The notes beneath the pieces were generated by a model, which was not told the origin of the DNA, ran no database searches, and saw only the letters and a list, made by a program, of their open reading frames with translations. A stretch of 64,000 nt of DNA from Eledone cirrhosa (taxonomy: Eukaryota), in NCBI GenBank assembly GCA_964016885.1, contig OZ024743.1:242420001-242484000 (forward strand). The letters are read 5' to 3'. Made by a program: the position numbers and the translations under genes. Positions 38,801 through 59,200 of the stretch are shown piece by piece (within the stretch, counting starts at the first letter, position 1; each line of letters begins with the position of its first letter).

Positions 38801-40050
38801 CACAACACATACACACAATGACATACACTAACATATACATGATACATTCGCAACACATACACACAATGATATACACTAACATATACATGATACACTCGCA
38901 ACACATACACACAATGATATACACTAACATATACATGATACACTCGCAACACATACACAATGATATACACTAACATATAAATGATACACTCACAACATAC
39001 ACACAATGATATACACTAACATATACATGATACACTCGCAACACATATACAATGATATACACTAACATATACATGATACACTCACAACACATACACACAA
39101 TCACATACACTAACATATACATGATACACTCGCAACACATACACACGATGATATACACTAACATATAAAAGATACACTCGCAACACATACACAATGATAT
39201 ACTCTAACATATACATGATACACTCGCAACACATACACACAATGATATACACTAACATATACATGATACACTCGCAACACACACACAATGACAAACACTA
39301 ACATATACATGATACACTCGCAACACATAGACACAATGATATACACTAACATATACATGATACACTCACAACACATACACCCAATGACATACACTAACAT
39401 ATACATGATACACTCGCAACACATACACACAATTATATACACTAACATATACATGATACACTCGCAACACACACACGATGACATACACTAACATATACAT
39501 GATACACTCGCAACACATATACAATGATATACACTAACATATACATGATACACTCGCAACACATACACACAATGATATACACTAACATATACATGATACA
39601 CTCGCAACACATACACACAATGACATACACTAACATATACATGATACACTCGCAACACATAGACACAATGATATATACTAACATATACATGATACAGTCA
39701 CAACACATACACACAATGACATACACTAACATATACATGATACACTCGCAACACATACACACAATGATATATACTAACATATACATGATACACTCGCAAC
39801 ACATACACAATGATATACACTAACATATAAATGATACACTCACAACATACACACAATGATATACACTAACATATACATGATACACTCGCAACACATACAT
39901 AATGATATACACTAACATATACATGATACACTGGCAACACATACACACAATGACATACACTAACATATACATGATACACTCGCAACACATACACACAATG
40001 ATATACACTAACATATACATGATACGCTCGCAACACACACACAATGACAA
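19600..40050 (+). repeat. Higher-order repeat family, about 4 variable-length copies with offsets 4174, 5630 and 3790 bp, containing a nested 1322-bp duplication (boundaries approximate)
   Basis: ACAGTAAC variant at 22250, 26424, 32054, 35844. GATGCAC at 20988, 25162, 30792. CACGATG at 28405, 29727, 34035, 37825, 39147. ORF offsets match (20118/24292, 25288/30918, 31222/35012, 28228/29550, 37648/38970). Confidence 0.88.
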
Positions 40051-40749
40051 ACACTAACATATACAGGATACACTCGCAACACATAGACACAATGATATAC
40101 ACTAACATATACATGATACACTCACAACACATACACACAATGACATACACTAACATATACATGATACATTCGCAACACATACACACAATGATATACACTA
40201 ACATATACATGATACACTCGCAACACATACACACAATGATATACACTAACATATACATGATACACTCGCAACACATACACACAATGATATATACTAATAT
40301 ATACATGATACACTCGCAACACATACACAATGATATACACTAACATATACAAGATACACTCGCAACACATACACAATGATATACACTAACATATACATGA
40401 TACACTCGCAACACATGCACACAATGACATACACTAACATATACATGATACACTCGCAACACATACACACAATGATATATACTAACATATACATGATACA
40501 TACGCAACACATAGACACAATGATATACACTAACATATACAAGATACACTCGCAACACATACACAATGATATACACTAACATATACATGATACACTCACA
40601 ACATACACACAATGATATACACTAACATATACATGATACACTCGCAACACATACACAATGATATACACTAACATATACATGATACACTCACAACACATAC
40701 ACAAAATGATATACACTAACATATACATGATACACTCACAACACATACA

Positions 40750-42120
40750 CCCAATGACATACACTAACATATACATGATACACTCGCAACACATACACAC
40801 AATGATATACACTAACATATACATGATACACTCGCAACACACACCCAATGACATACACTAACATATACATGATACACTCGCAACACATACACAATGATAT
40901 ACACTAACATATACATGATACACTCGCAACACATACACACAATGATATACACTAACATATACATGATACACTCGCAACACATACACACAATGATATACAC
41001 TAACATATACATGATACACTCGCAACACACACACAATGACATACACTAACATATACATGATACACTCGCAACACATAGACACAATGATATATACTAACAT
41101 ATACATGATACAGTCACAACACATACACACAATGACATACACTAACATATACATGATACACTCGCAACACATACACACAATGACATACACTAACATATAC
41201 ATGATACACTCGCAACACATACACAATGATATACACTAACATATACAAGATACACTCGCAACACATACACAATGATATACACTAACATATACATGATACA
41301 CTCGCAACACATACACACAATGACAAACACTAACATATACATGATACACTCGCAACACATACACACAATGATATACACTAACATATACATGATACACTCG
41401 CAACACACACACAATGACATACACTAACATATACATGATACACTCGCAACACATACACACAATGATATACACTAACATATACATGATACACTCGCAACAC
41501 ACACCCAATGACATACACTAACATATACATGATACACTCGCAACACATACACAATGATATACACTAACATATACATGATACACTCGCAACACATACACAC
41601 AATGATATACACTAACATATACATGATACACTCGCAACACATACACACAATGATATACACTAACATATACATGATACACTCGCAACACACACACAATGAC
41701 ATACACTAACATATACATGATACACTCGCAACACATAGACACAATGATATATACTAACATATACATGATACAGTCACAACACATACACACAATGACATAC
41801 ACTAACATATACATGATACACTCGCAACACATACACACAATGACATACACTAACATATACATGATACACTCGCAACACATACACAATGATATACACTAAC
41901 ATATACAAGATACACTCGCAACACATACACAATGATATACACTAACATATACATGATACACTCGCAACACATACACACAATGACAAACACTAACATATAC
42001 ATGATACACTCGCAACACATACACACAATGATATACACTAACATATACATGATACACTCGCAACACACACACAATGACATACACTAACATATACATGATA
42101 CACTCGCAACACATAGACAC
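40750..42120 (+). repeat. Local tandem duplication, period 660 bp (about 14 monomers, 2 copies; boundaries approximate)
   Basis: ORF pairs 40812/41472, 40858/41518, 41036/41696 and 41190/41850 are identical at offset 660. The CACACCCAATG variant appears near both 40845 and 41505. Confidence 0.88.
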
Positions 42121-44249
42121 AATGATATATACTAACATATACATGATACAGTCACAACACATACACACAATGACATACACTAACATATACATGATACACT
42201 CGCAACACATACACACAATGACATACACTAACATATACATGATACACACGCAACACATAGACACAATGATATACACTAACATATACAAGATACACTCGCA
42301 ACACATACACAATGATATACACTAACATATACATGATACACTCACAACATACACACAATGATATACACTAACATATACATGATACACTCGCAACACATAC
42401 ACAATGATATACACTAACATATACATGATACACTCACAACACATACACAAAATGATATACACTAACATATACATGATACACTCACAACACATACACACAA
42501 TGACATACACTAACATATACATGATACACTCGCAACACATACACACAATGACATACACTAACATATACATGATACACTCGCAACACATAGACACAATGAT
42601 ATATACTAACATATACATGATACACTCACAACACATACACACAATCACATACACTAACATATACATGATACACTCGCAACACATACACACAATGATATAC
42701 ACTAACATATAAAAGATACACTCGCAACACATACACAATGATATACTCTAACATATACATGATACACTCGCAACACATACACACAATGATATACACTAAC
42801 ATATACATGATACACTCGCAACACACACACAATGACAAACACTAACATATACATGATACACTCGCAACACATAGACACAATGATATACACTAACATATAC
42901 ATGATACACTCACAACACATACACCCAATGACATACACTAACATATACATGATACACTCGCAACACATACACACAATGATATACACTAACATATACATGA
43001 TACACTCGCAACACACACACAATGACATACACTAACATATACATGATACACTCGCAACACATACACAATGATATACACTAACATATACATGATACACTCG
43101 CAACACATACACACAATGATATACACTAACATATACATGATACACTCGCAACACATACACACAATGACATACACTAACATATACATGATACACTCGCAAC
43201 ACATAGACACAATGATATATACTAACATATACATGATACAGTCACAACACATACACACAATGACATACACTAACATATACATGATACACTCGCAACACAT
43301 ACACAATGACATACACTAACATATACATGATACATTCGCAACACATACACACAATGATATACACTAACATATACATGATACACTCGCAACACATACACAC
43401 AATGATATACACTAACATATACATGATACACTCGCAACACATACACACAATGATATACACTAACATATACATGATACACTCGCAACATATACACACAATG
43501 ATATACACTAACATATACATGATACACTCACAACACATACACACAATGACATACACTAACATATACATGATACACTCGCAACACATACACACAATGACAT
43601 ACACTAACATATACATGATACACTCGCAACACATACACACAATGATATATACTAATATATACATGATACACTCGCAACACATACACAATGATATACACTA
43701 ACATATACATGATACACTCGCAACACACACACAATGACAAACACTAACATATACATGATACACTCGCAACACATAGACACAATGATATACACTAACATAT
43801 ACATGATACACTCACAACACCTACACACAATGACATACACTAACATATACATGATACACTCGCAACACATACACACAATGATATACACTAACATATACAT
43901 GATACACTCGCAACACACACACAATGACATACACTAACATATACATGATACACTCGCAACACATACACAATGATATACACTAACATATACATGATACACT
44001 CGCAACACATACACACAATGATATACACTAACATATACATGATACACTCGCAACACATACACACAATGACATACACTAACATATACATGATACACTCGCA
44101 ACACATAGACACAATGATATATACTAACATATACATGATACACTCACAACACATACACACAATGACATACACTAACATATACATGATACACTCGCAACAC
44201 ATACACACAATGATATATACTAACATATACATGATACACTCGCAACACA

Positions 44250-47200
44250 TACACAATGATATACACTAACATATAAATGATACACTCACAACATACACAC
44301 AATGATATACACTAACATATACATGATACACTCGCAACACATACACAATGATATACACTAACAAATACATGATACTCTCGCAACACATAGACACAATGAT
44401 ATACACTAACATATACATGATACACTCACAACAGATACACACAATGATATACACTAACATATACATGATACACTCGCAACACATACACAATGATATACAC
44501 TAAGAAATACATGATACACTCGCAACACATACACACAATGATATACACTAACATATACATGATACACTCGCAACACATACACACAATGATATACACTAAC
44601 ATATACATGATACACTCGCAACACATACACATTGATATACACTAACATATACATGATACACTCACAACATACACACAATGATATACACTAACATATACAT
44701 GATACACTCGCAACACATACACAATGATATACACTAACATATACATGATACACTCACAACAGATACACACAATGATATACACTAACATATACATGATACA
44801 CTCACAACACATACACACAATGACATACACTAACATATACATGATACACTCGCAACACACACACAATGACAAACACTAACATATACATGATACACTCGCA
44901 ACACATAGACACAATGATATACACTAACATATACATGATACACTCACAACACATACACACAATGATATACACTAACATATACATGATACACTCGCAACAC
45001 ACACACAATGACAAACACTAACATATACATGATACACTCGCAACACACACACAATGACATACACTAACATATACATGATACACTCGCAACACATAGACAC
45101 AATGATATATACTAACATATACATGATACACTCACAACACATACACACAATCACATACACTAACTTATACATGATACACTCGCAACACATACACACAATG
45201 ATATACACTAACATATAAAAGATACACTCGCAACACATACACAATGATATACTCTAACATATACATGATACACTCGCAACACATACACACAATGATATAC
45301 AATAACATATACATGATACACTCGCAACACACACACAATGACAAACACTAACATATACATGATACACTCGCAACACATAGAGACAATGATATACACTAAC
45401 ATATACATGATACACTCACAACACATACACACAATGACATACACTAACATATACATGATACACTCGCAACACATACACACAATGATATATACTAACATAT
45501 ACATGATACACTCGCAACACATACACAATGATATACACTAACATATAAATGATACACTCACAACATACACACAATGATATACACTAACATATACATGATA
45601 CACTCGCAACACATACACAATGATATACACTAACAAATACATGATACACTCGCAACACATAGACACAATGATATATACTAACATATACATGATACACTCG
45701 CAACACATACACACAATGACATACACTAACATATACATGATATACTCGCAACACATACACACAATGGCATACACTAACAAATACATGATACACTCGCAAC
45801 ACATACACACAATGATATACACTAACATATACATGATACACTCGCAACACATACACACAATGATATACACTAACATATACATGATACACTCGCAACACAT
45901 ACACACAATGACATACACTAACATATACATGATACACTCGCAACACATAGACACAATGATATATACTAACATATACATGATACAGTCACAACACATACAC
46001 ACAATGACATACACTAACATATACATGATACACTCGCAACACATACACACAATGATATATACTAACATATACATGATACACTCGCAACACATACACAATG
46101 ATATACACTAACATATAAATGATACACTCACAACATACACACAATGATATACACTAACATATACATGATACACTCGCAACACATATACAATGATATACAC
46201 TAACATATACATGATACACTCACAACACATACACACAATCACATACACTAACATATACATGATACACTCGCAACACATACACACAATGATATACACTAAC
46301 ATATAAAAGATACACTCGCAACACATACACACAATGACATACACTAACATATACATGATACACTCGCAACACATACACACAATGATATATACTAACATAT
46401 ACATGATACACTCGCAACACATACACAATGATATACACTAACATATAAATGATACACTCACAACATACACACAATGATATACACTAACATATACATGATA
46501 CACTCGCAACACATACATAATGATATACACTAACATATACATGATACACTGGCAACACATACACACAATGACATACACTAACATATACATGATACACTCG
46601 CAACACACACACAATGACAAACACTAACATATACATGATACACTCGCAACACATAGACACAATGATATATACTAACATATACATGATACACTCACAACAC
46701 ATACACACAATGACATACACTAACATATACATGATACACTCGCAACACATACACACAATGATATATACAAACATATACATGATACACTCGCAACACATAC
46801 ACAATGATATACACTAACATATAAATGATACACTCACAACATACACACAATGATATACACTAACATATACATGATACACTCGCAACACATACACAATGAT
46901 ATACACTAACAAATACATGATACTCTCGCAACACATAGACACAATGATATACACTAACATATACATGATACACTCACAACAGATACACACAATGATATAC
47001 ACTAACATATACATGATACACTCGCAACACATACACAATGATATACACTAACAAATACATGATACACTCGCAACACATACACACAATGATATACACTAAC
47101 ATATACATGATACACTCGCAACACATACACACAATGATATACACTAACATATACATGATACACTCGCAACACATACACATTGATATACACTAACATATAC

Positions 47201-50200
47201 ATGATACACTCACAACATACACACAATGATATACACTAACATATACATGATACACTCGCAACACATACACAATGATATACACTAACATATACATGATACA
47301 CTCACAACAGATACACACAATGATATACACTAACATATACATGATACACTCACAACACATACACACAATGACATACACTAACATATACATGATACACTCG
47401 CAACACACACACAATGACAAACACTAACATATACATGATACACTCGCAACACATAGACACAATGATATACACTAACATATACATGATACACTCACAACAC
47501 ATACACACAATGATATACACTAACATATACATGATACACTCGCAACACACACACAATGACAAACACTAACATATACATGATACACTCGCAACACACACAC
47601 AATGACATACACTAACATATACATGATACACTCGCAACACATAGACACAATGATATATACTAACATATACATGATACACTCACAACACATACACACAATC
47701 ACATACACTAACTTATACATGATACACTCGCAACACATACACACAATGATATACACTAACATATAAAAGATACACTCGCAACACATACACAATGATATAC
47801 TCTAACATATACATGATACACTCGCAACACATACACACAATGATATACAATAACATATACATGATACACTCGCAACACACACACAATGACAAACACTAAC
47901 ATATACATGATACACTCGCAACACATAGAGACAATGATATACACTAACATATACATGATACACTCACAACACATACACACAATGACATACACTAACATAT
48001 ACATGATACACTCGCAACACATACACACAATGATATATACTAACATATACATGATACACTCGCAACACATACACAATGATATACACTAACATATACATGA
48101 TATACTCGCAACACATACACACAATGATATATACTAACATATACATGATACACTCGCAACACATACACAATGATATACACTAACATATAAATGATACACT
48201 CACAATATACACACAATGATATACACTAACATATACATGATACACTCGCAACACATATACAATGATATACACTAACATATACATGATACACTCACAACAC
48301 ATACACACAATCACATACACTAACATATACATGATACACTCGCAACACATACACACAATGATATACACTAACATATAAAAGATACACTCGCAACACATAC
48401 ACACAATGACATACACTAACATATACATGATACACTCGCAACACATACACACAATGATATATACTAACATATACATGATACACTCGCAACACATACACAA
48501 TGATATACACTAACATATAAATGATACACTCACAACATACACACAATGATATACACTAACATATACATGATACACTCGCAACACATACATAATGATATAC
48601 ACTAACATATACATGATACACTGGCAACACATACACACAATGACATACACTAACATATACATGATACACTCGCAACACACACACAATGACAAACACTAAC
48701 ATATACATGATACACTCGCAACACATAGACACAATGATATATACTAACATATACATGATACACTCACAACACATACACACAATGACATACACTAACATAT
48801 ACATGATACACTCGCAACACATACACACAATGATATATACAAACATATACATGATACACTCGCAACACATACACAATGATATACACTAACATATAAATGA
48901 TACACTCACAACATACACACAATGATATACACTAACATATACATGATACACTCGCAACACATACACAATGATATACACTAACAAATACATGATACTCTCG
49001 CAACACATAGACACAATGATATACACTAACATATACATGATACACTCACAACAGATACACACAATGATATACACTAACATATACATGATACACTCGCAAC
49101 ACATACACAATGATATACACTAACAAATACATGATACACTCGCAACACATACACACAATGATATACACTAACATATACATGATACACTCGCAACACATAC
49201 ACACAATGATATACACTAACATATACATGATACACTCGCAACACATACACATTGATATACACTAACATATACATGATACACTCACAACATACACACAATG
49301 ATATACACTAACATATACATGATACACTCGCAACACATACACAATGATATACACTAACATATACATGATACACTCACAACAGATACACACAATGATATAC
49401 ACTAACATATACATGATACACTCACAACACATACACACAATGACATACACTAACATATACATGATACACTCGCAACACACACACAATGACAAACACTAAC
49501 ATATACATGATACACTCGCAACACATAGACACAATGATATACACTAACATATACATGATACACTCACAACACATACACACAATGATATACACTAACATAT
49601 ACATGATACACTCGCAACACACACACAATGACAAACACTAACATATACATGATACACTCGCAACACACACACAATGACATACACTAACATATACATGATA
49701 CACTCGCAACACATAGACACAATGATATATACTAACATATACATGATACACTCACAACACATACACACAATCACATACACTAACTTATACATGATACACT
49801 CGCAACACATACACACAATGATATACACTAACATATAAAAGATACACTCGCAACACATACACAATGATATACTCTAACATATACATGATACACTCGCAAC
49901 ACATACACACAATGATATACAATAACATATACATGATACACTCGCAACACACACACAATGACAAACACTAACATATACATGATACACTCGCAACACATAG
50001 AGACAATGATATACACTAACATATACATGATACACTCACAACACATACACACAATGACATACACTAACATATACATGATACACTCGCAACACATACACAC
50101 AATGATATATACTAACATATACATGATACACTCGCAACACATACACAATGATATACACTAACATATACATGATATACTCGCAACACATACACACAATGAT

Positions 50201-53200
50201 ATATACTAACATATACATGATACACTCGCAACACATACACAATGATATACACTAACATATAAATGATACACTCACAATATACACACAATGATATACACTA
50301 ACATATACATGATACACTCGCAACACATATACAATGATATACACTAACATATACATGATACACTCACAACACATACACACAATCACATACACTAACATAT
50401 ACATGATACACTCGCAACACATACACACAATGATATACACTAACATATAAAAGATACACTCGCAACACATACACACAATGACATACACTAACATATACAT
50501 GATACACTCGCAACACATACACACAATGATATATACTAACATATACATGATACACTCGCAACACATACACAATGATATACACTAACATATAAATGATACA
50601 CTCACAACATACACACAATGATATACACTAACATATACATGATACACTCGCAACACATACATAATGATATACACTAACATATACATGATACACTGGCAAC
50701 ACATACACACAATGACATACACTAACATATACATGATACACTTGCAACACATACACACAATGATATACACTAACATATACATGATACGCTCGCAACACAC
50801 ACACAATGACAAACACTAACATATACATGATACACTCGCAACACATAGACACAATGATATACACTAACATATACATGATACACTCACAACACATACACAC
50901 AATGACATACACTAACATATACATGATACATTCGCAACACATACACACAATGATATACACTAACATATACATGATACACTCGCAACACATACACACAATG
51001 ATATACACTAACATATACATGATACACTCGCAACACATACACACAATGATATACACTAACATATACATGATACACTCGCAACATATACACACAATGATAT
51101 ACACTAACATATACATGATACACTCACAACACATACACACAATGACATACACTAACATATACATGATACACTCGCAACACATACACACAATGATATACAC
51201 TAACATATACATGATACACTCGCAACACATACACACAATGATATGTACTAATATATACATGATACACTCGCAACACATACACAATGATATACACTAACAT
51301 ATACATGATACACTCGCAACACACACACAATGACAAACACTAACATATACATGATACACTCGCAACACATAGACACAATGATATACACTAACATATACAT
51401 GATACACTCACAACACATACACACAATGACATACACTAACATATACATGATACACTCGCAACACATACACACAATGATATACACTAACATATACATGATA
51501 CACTCGCAACACACACACAATGACATACACTAACATATACATGATACACTCGCAACACATACACAATGATATACACTAACATATACATGATACACTCGCA
51601 ACACATACACACAATGATATACACTAACATATACATGATACACTCGCAACACATACACACAATGACATACACTAACATATACATGATACACTCGCAACAC
51701 ATAGACACAATGATATATACTAACATATACATGATACACTCACAACACATACACACAATGACATACACTAACATATACATGATACACTCGCAACACATAC
51801 ACACAATGATATATACTAACATATACATGATACACTCGCAACACATACACAATGATATACACTAACATATAAATGATACACTCACAACATACACACAATG
51901 ATATACACTAACATATACATGATACACTCGCAACACATACACAACGATATACACTAACAAATACATGATACTCTCGCAACACATAGACACAATGATATAC
52001 ACTAACATATACATGATACACTCACAACAGATACACACAATGATATACACTAACATATACATGATACACTCGCAACACATACACAATGATATACACTAAC
52101 AAATACATGATACACTCGCAACACATACACACAATGATATACACTAACATATACATGATACACTCGCAACACATACACACAATGATATACACTAACATAT
52201 ACATGATACACTCACAACACATACACACAATGATATACACTAACATATACATGATACACTCGCAACACACACACAATGACAAACACTAACATATACATGA
52301 TACACTCGCAACACACACACAATGACATACACTAACATATACATGATACACTCGCAACACATACACACAATGACATACACTAACATATACATGATACACT
52401 CGCAACACATAGACACAATGATATATACTAACATATACATGATACACTCACAACACATACACACAATCACATACACTAACTTATACATGATACACTCGCA
52501 ACACATACACACAATGATATACACTAACATATAAAAGATACACTCGCAACACATACACAATGATATACTCTAACATATACATGATACACTCGCAACACAT
52601 ACACACAATGATATACAATAACATATACATGATACACTCGCAACACACACACAATGACAAACACTAACATATACATGATACACTCGCAACACATAGAGAC
52701 AATGATATACACTAACATATACATGATACACTCACAACACATACACACAATGACATACACTAACATATACATGATACACTCGCAACACATACACAATGAT
52801 ATACACTAACATATAAATGATACACTCACAACATACACACAATGATATACACTAACATATACATGATACACTCGCAACACATACACAATGATATACACTA
52901 ACAAATACATGATACACTCGCAACACATAGACACAATGATATATACTAACATATACATGATACACTCGCAACACATACACACAATGACATACACTAACAT
53001 ATACATGATATACTCGCAACACATACACACAATGGCATACACTAACAAATACATGATACACTCGCAACACATACACACAATGATATACACTAACATATAC
53101 ATGATACACTCGCAACACATACACACAATGATATACACTAACATATACATGATACACTCGCAACACAGACACATTGATATACACTAACATATACATGATA

Positions 53201-56200
53201 CACTCACAACATACACACAATGATATACACTAACATATACATGATACACTCGCAACACATACACAATGATATACACTAACATATACATGATACACTCACA
53301 ACACATACACACAATGTTATACACTAACATATACATGATACACTCACAACACTTACACACAATGACATACACTAACATATACATGATACACTCGCAACAC
53401 ATACACACAATGATATACACTAACATATACATGATACACTCGCAACACACACACAATGACATACACTAACATATACATGATACACACGCAACACATACAC
53501 AAAATGACATACACTAACATATACATGATACACTCGCAACACATACACAATGATATACACTAACATATACATGATACACTCACAACACATACACACAATG
53601 ATATACACTAACATATAAATGATACACTCACAACATACACACAATGATATACACTAACATATACATGATACACTCGCAACACATATACAATGATATACAC
53701 TAACATATACATGATACACTCACAACACATACACACAATCACATACACTAACATATACATGATACACTCGCAACACATACACACAATGATATACACTAAC
53801 ATATAAAAGATACACTCGCAACACATACACACAATGACATACACTAACATATACATGATACACTCGCAACACATACACACAATGATATATACTAACATAT
53901 ACATGATACACTCGCAACACATACACAATGATATACACTAACATATAAATGATACACTCACAACATACACACAATGATATACACTAACATATACATGATA
54001 CACTCGCAACACATACATAATGATATACACTAACATATACATGATACACTGGCAACACATACACACAATGACATACACTAACATATACATGATACACTTG
54101 CAACACATACACACAATGATATACACTAACATATACATGATACGCTCGCAACACACACACAATGACAAACACTAACATATACATGATACACTCGCAACAC
54201 ATAGACACAATGATATACACTAACATATACATGATACACTCACAACACATACACACAATGACATACACTAACATATACATGATACATTCGCAACACATAC
54301 ACACAATGATATACACTAACATATACATGATACACTCGCAACACATACACACAATGATATACACTAACATATACATGATACACTCGCAACACATACACAC
54401 AATGATATACACTAACATATACATGATACACTCGCAACATATACACACAATGATATACACTAACATATACATGATACACTCACAACACATACACACAATG
54501 ACATACACTAACATATACATGATACACTCGCAACACATACACACAATGACATACACTAACATATACATGATACACTCGCAACACATACACACAATGATAT
54601 GTACTAATATATACATGATACACTCGCAACACATACACAATGATATACACTAACATATACATGATACACTCGCAACACACACACAATGACAAACACTAAC
54701 ATATACATGATACACTCGCAACACATAGACACAATGATATACACTAACATATACATGATACACTCACAACACATACACACAATGACATACACTAACATAT
54801 ACATGATACACTCGCAACACATACACACAATGATATACACTAACATATACATGATACACTCGCAACACACACACAATGACATACACTAACATATACATGA
54901 TACACTCGCAACACATACACAATGATATACACTAACATATACATGATACACTCGCAACACATACACACAATGATATACACTAACATATACATGATACACT
55001 CGCAACACATACACACAATGACATACACTAACATATACATGATACACTCGCAACACATAGACACAATGATATATACTAACATATACATGATACACTCACA
55101 ACACATACACACAATGACATACACTAACATATACATGATACACTCGCAACACATACACACAATGATATATACTAACATATACTTGATACACTCGCAACAC
55201 ATACACAATGATATACACTAACATATAAATGATACACTCACAACATACACACAATGATATACACTAACATATACATGATACACTCGCAACACATACACAA
55301 CGATATACACTAACAAATACATGATACTCTCGCAACACATAGACACAATGATATACACTAACATATACATGATACACTCACAACAGATACACACAATGAT
55401 ATACACTAACATATACATGATACACTCGCAACACATACACAATGATATACACTAACAAATACATGATACACTCGCAACACATACACACAATGATATACAC
55501 TAACATATACATGATACACTCGCAACACATACACACAATGATATACACTAACATATACATGATACACTCACAACACATACACACAATGATATACACTAAC
55601 ATATACATGATACACTCGCAACACACACACAATGACAAACACTAACATATACATGATACACTCGCAACACACACACAATGACATACACTAACATATACAT
55701 GATACACTCGCAACACATACACACAATGACATACACTAACATATACATGATACACTCGCAACACATAGACACAATGATATATACTAACATATACATGATA
55801 CACTCACAACACATACACACAATCACATACACTAACTTATACATGATACACTCGCAACACATACACACAATGATATACACTAACATATAAAAGATACACT
55901 CGCAACACATACACAATGATATACTCTAACATATACATGATACACTCGCAACACATACACACAATGATATACAATAACATATACATGATACACTCGCAAC
56001 ACACACACAATGACAAACACTAACATATACATGATACACTCGCAACACATAGAGACAATGATATACACTAACATATACATGATACACTCACAACACATAC
56101 ACACAATGACATACACTAACATATACATGATACACTCGCAACACATACACACAATGATATATACTAACATATACATGATACACTCGCAACACATACACAA

Positions 56201-59200
56201 TGATATACACTAACATATAAATGATACACTCACAACATACACACAATGATATACACTAACATATACATGATACACTCGCAACACATACACAATGATATAC
56301 ACTAACAAATACATGATACACTCGCAACACATAGACACAATGATATATACTAACATATACATGATACACTCGCAACACATACACACAATGACATACACTA
56401 ACATATACATGATATACTCGCAACACATACACACAATGGCATACACTAACAAATACATGATACACTCGCAACACATACACACAATGATATACACTAACAT
56501 ATACATGATACACTCGCAACACATACACACAATGATATACACTAACATATACATGATACACTCGCAACACAGACACATTGATATACACTAACATATACAT
56601 GATACACTCACAACATACACACAATGATATACACTAACATATACATGATACACTCGCAACACATACACAATGATATACACTAACATATACATGATACACT
56701 CACAACACATACACACAATGATATACACTAACATATACATGATACACTCACAACACTTACACACAATGACATACACTAACATATACATGATACACTCGCA
56801 ACACATACACACAATGATATACACTAACATATACATGATACACTCGCAACACACACACAATGACATACACTAACATATACATGATACACACGCAACACAT
56901 ACACACAATGACATACACTAACATATACATGATACACTCGCAACACATACACAATGATATACACTAACATATACATGATACACTCACAACACATACACAC
57001 AATGATATACACTAACATATACATGATACACTCACAACACTTACACACAATGACATACACTAACATATACATGATACACTCGCAACACATACACACAATG
57101 ATATACACTAACATATACATGATACACTCGCAACACATACACACAATGATATACACTAACATATACATGATACACTCGAAACACACACACAATGACATAC
57201 ACTAACATATACATGATACACACGCAACACATACACACAATGACATAGACTAACATATACATGATACACTCGCAACACATACACACAATGACATACACTA
57301 ACATATACATGATACACTCGCAACACATACACACAATGACATACACTAACATATACATGATACACTCGCAACACATAGACACAATGATATATACTAACAT
57401 ATACATGATACACTCGCAACACATACACACAATGACATACACTAACATATACATGATATACTCGCAACACATACACACAATGGCATACACTAACAAATAC
57501 ATGATACACTCGCAACACATACACACAATGATATACACTAACATATACATCATACACTCGCAACACATACACACAATGATATACACTAACATATACATGA
57601 TACACTCGCAACACAGACACATTGATATACACTAACATATACATGATACACTCACAACATACACACAATGATATACACTAACATATACATGATACACTCG
57701 CAACACATACACAATGATATACACTAACATATACATGATACACTCACAACACATACACACAATGATATACACTAACATATACATGATACACTCACAACAC
57801 TTACACACAATGACATACACTAACATATACATGATACACTCGCAACACATACACACAATGATATACACTAACATATACATGATACACTCGCAACACACAC
57901 ACAATGACATACACTAACATATACATGATACACACGCAACACATACACACAATGACATACACTAACATATACATGATACACTCGCAACACATACACAATG
58001 ATATACACTAACATATACATGATACACTCACAACACATACACAGAATGATATACACTAACATATAAATGATACACTCACAACATACACACAATGATATAC
58101 ACTAACATATACATGATACACTCGCAACACATATACAATGATATACACTAACATATACATGATACACTCACAACACATACACACAATCACATACACTAAC
58201 ATATACATGATACACTCGCAACACATACACACAATGATATACACTAACATATAAAAGATACACTCGCAACACATACACACAATGACATACACTAACATAT
58301 ACATGATACACTCGCAACACATACACACAATGATATATACTAACATATACATGATACACTCGCAACACATACACAATGATATACACTAACATATAAATGA
58401 TACACTCACAACATACACACAATGATATACACTAACATATACATGATACACTCGCAACACATACATAATGATATACACTAACATATACATGATACACTGG
58501 CAACACATACACACAATGACATACACTAACATATACATGATACACTTGCAACACATACACACAATGATATACACTAACATATACATGATACGCTCGCAAC
58601 ACACACACAATGACAAACACTAACATATACATGATACACTCGCAACACATAGACACAATGATATACACTAACATATACATGATACACTCACAACACATAC
58701 ACACAATGACATACACTGACATATACATGATACACTCACAACACATACACACAATGACATACACTAACATATACATGATACACTCGCAACACATACACAC
58801 AATGACATACACTAACATATACATGATACACTCGCAACACATACACACAATGATATGTACTAATATATACATGATACACTCGCAACACATACACAATGAT
58901 ATACACTAACATATACATGATACACTCGCAACACACACACAATGACAAACACTAACATATACATGATACACTCGCAACACATAGACACAATGATATACAC
59001 TAACATATACATGATACACTCACAACACATACACACAATGACATACACTAACATATACATGATACACTCGCAACACATACACACAATGATATACACTAAC
59101 ATATACATGATACACTCGCAACACACACACAATGACATACACTAACATATACATGATACACTCGCAACACATACACAATGATATACACTAACATATACAT

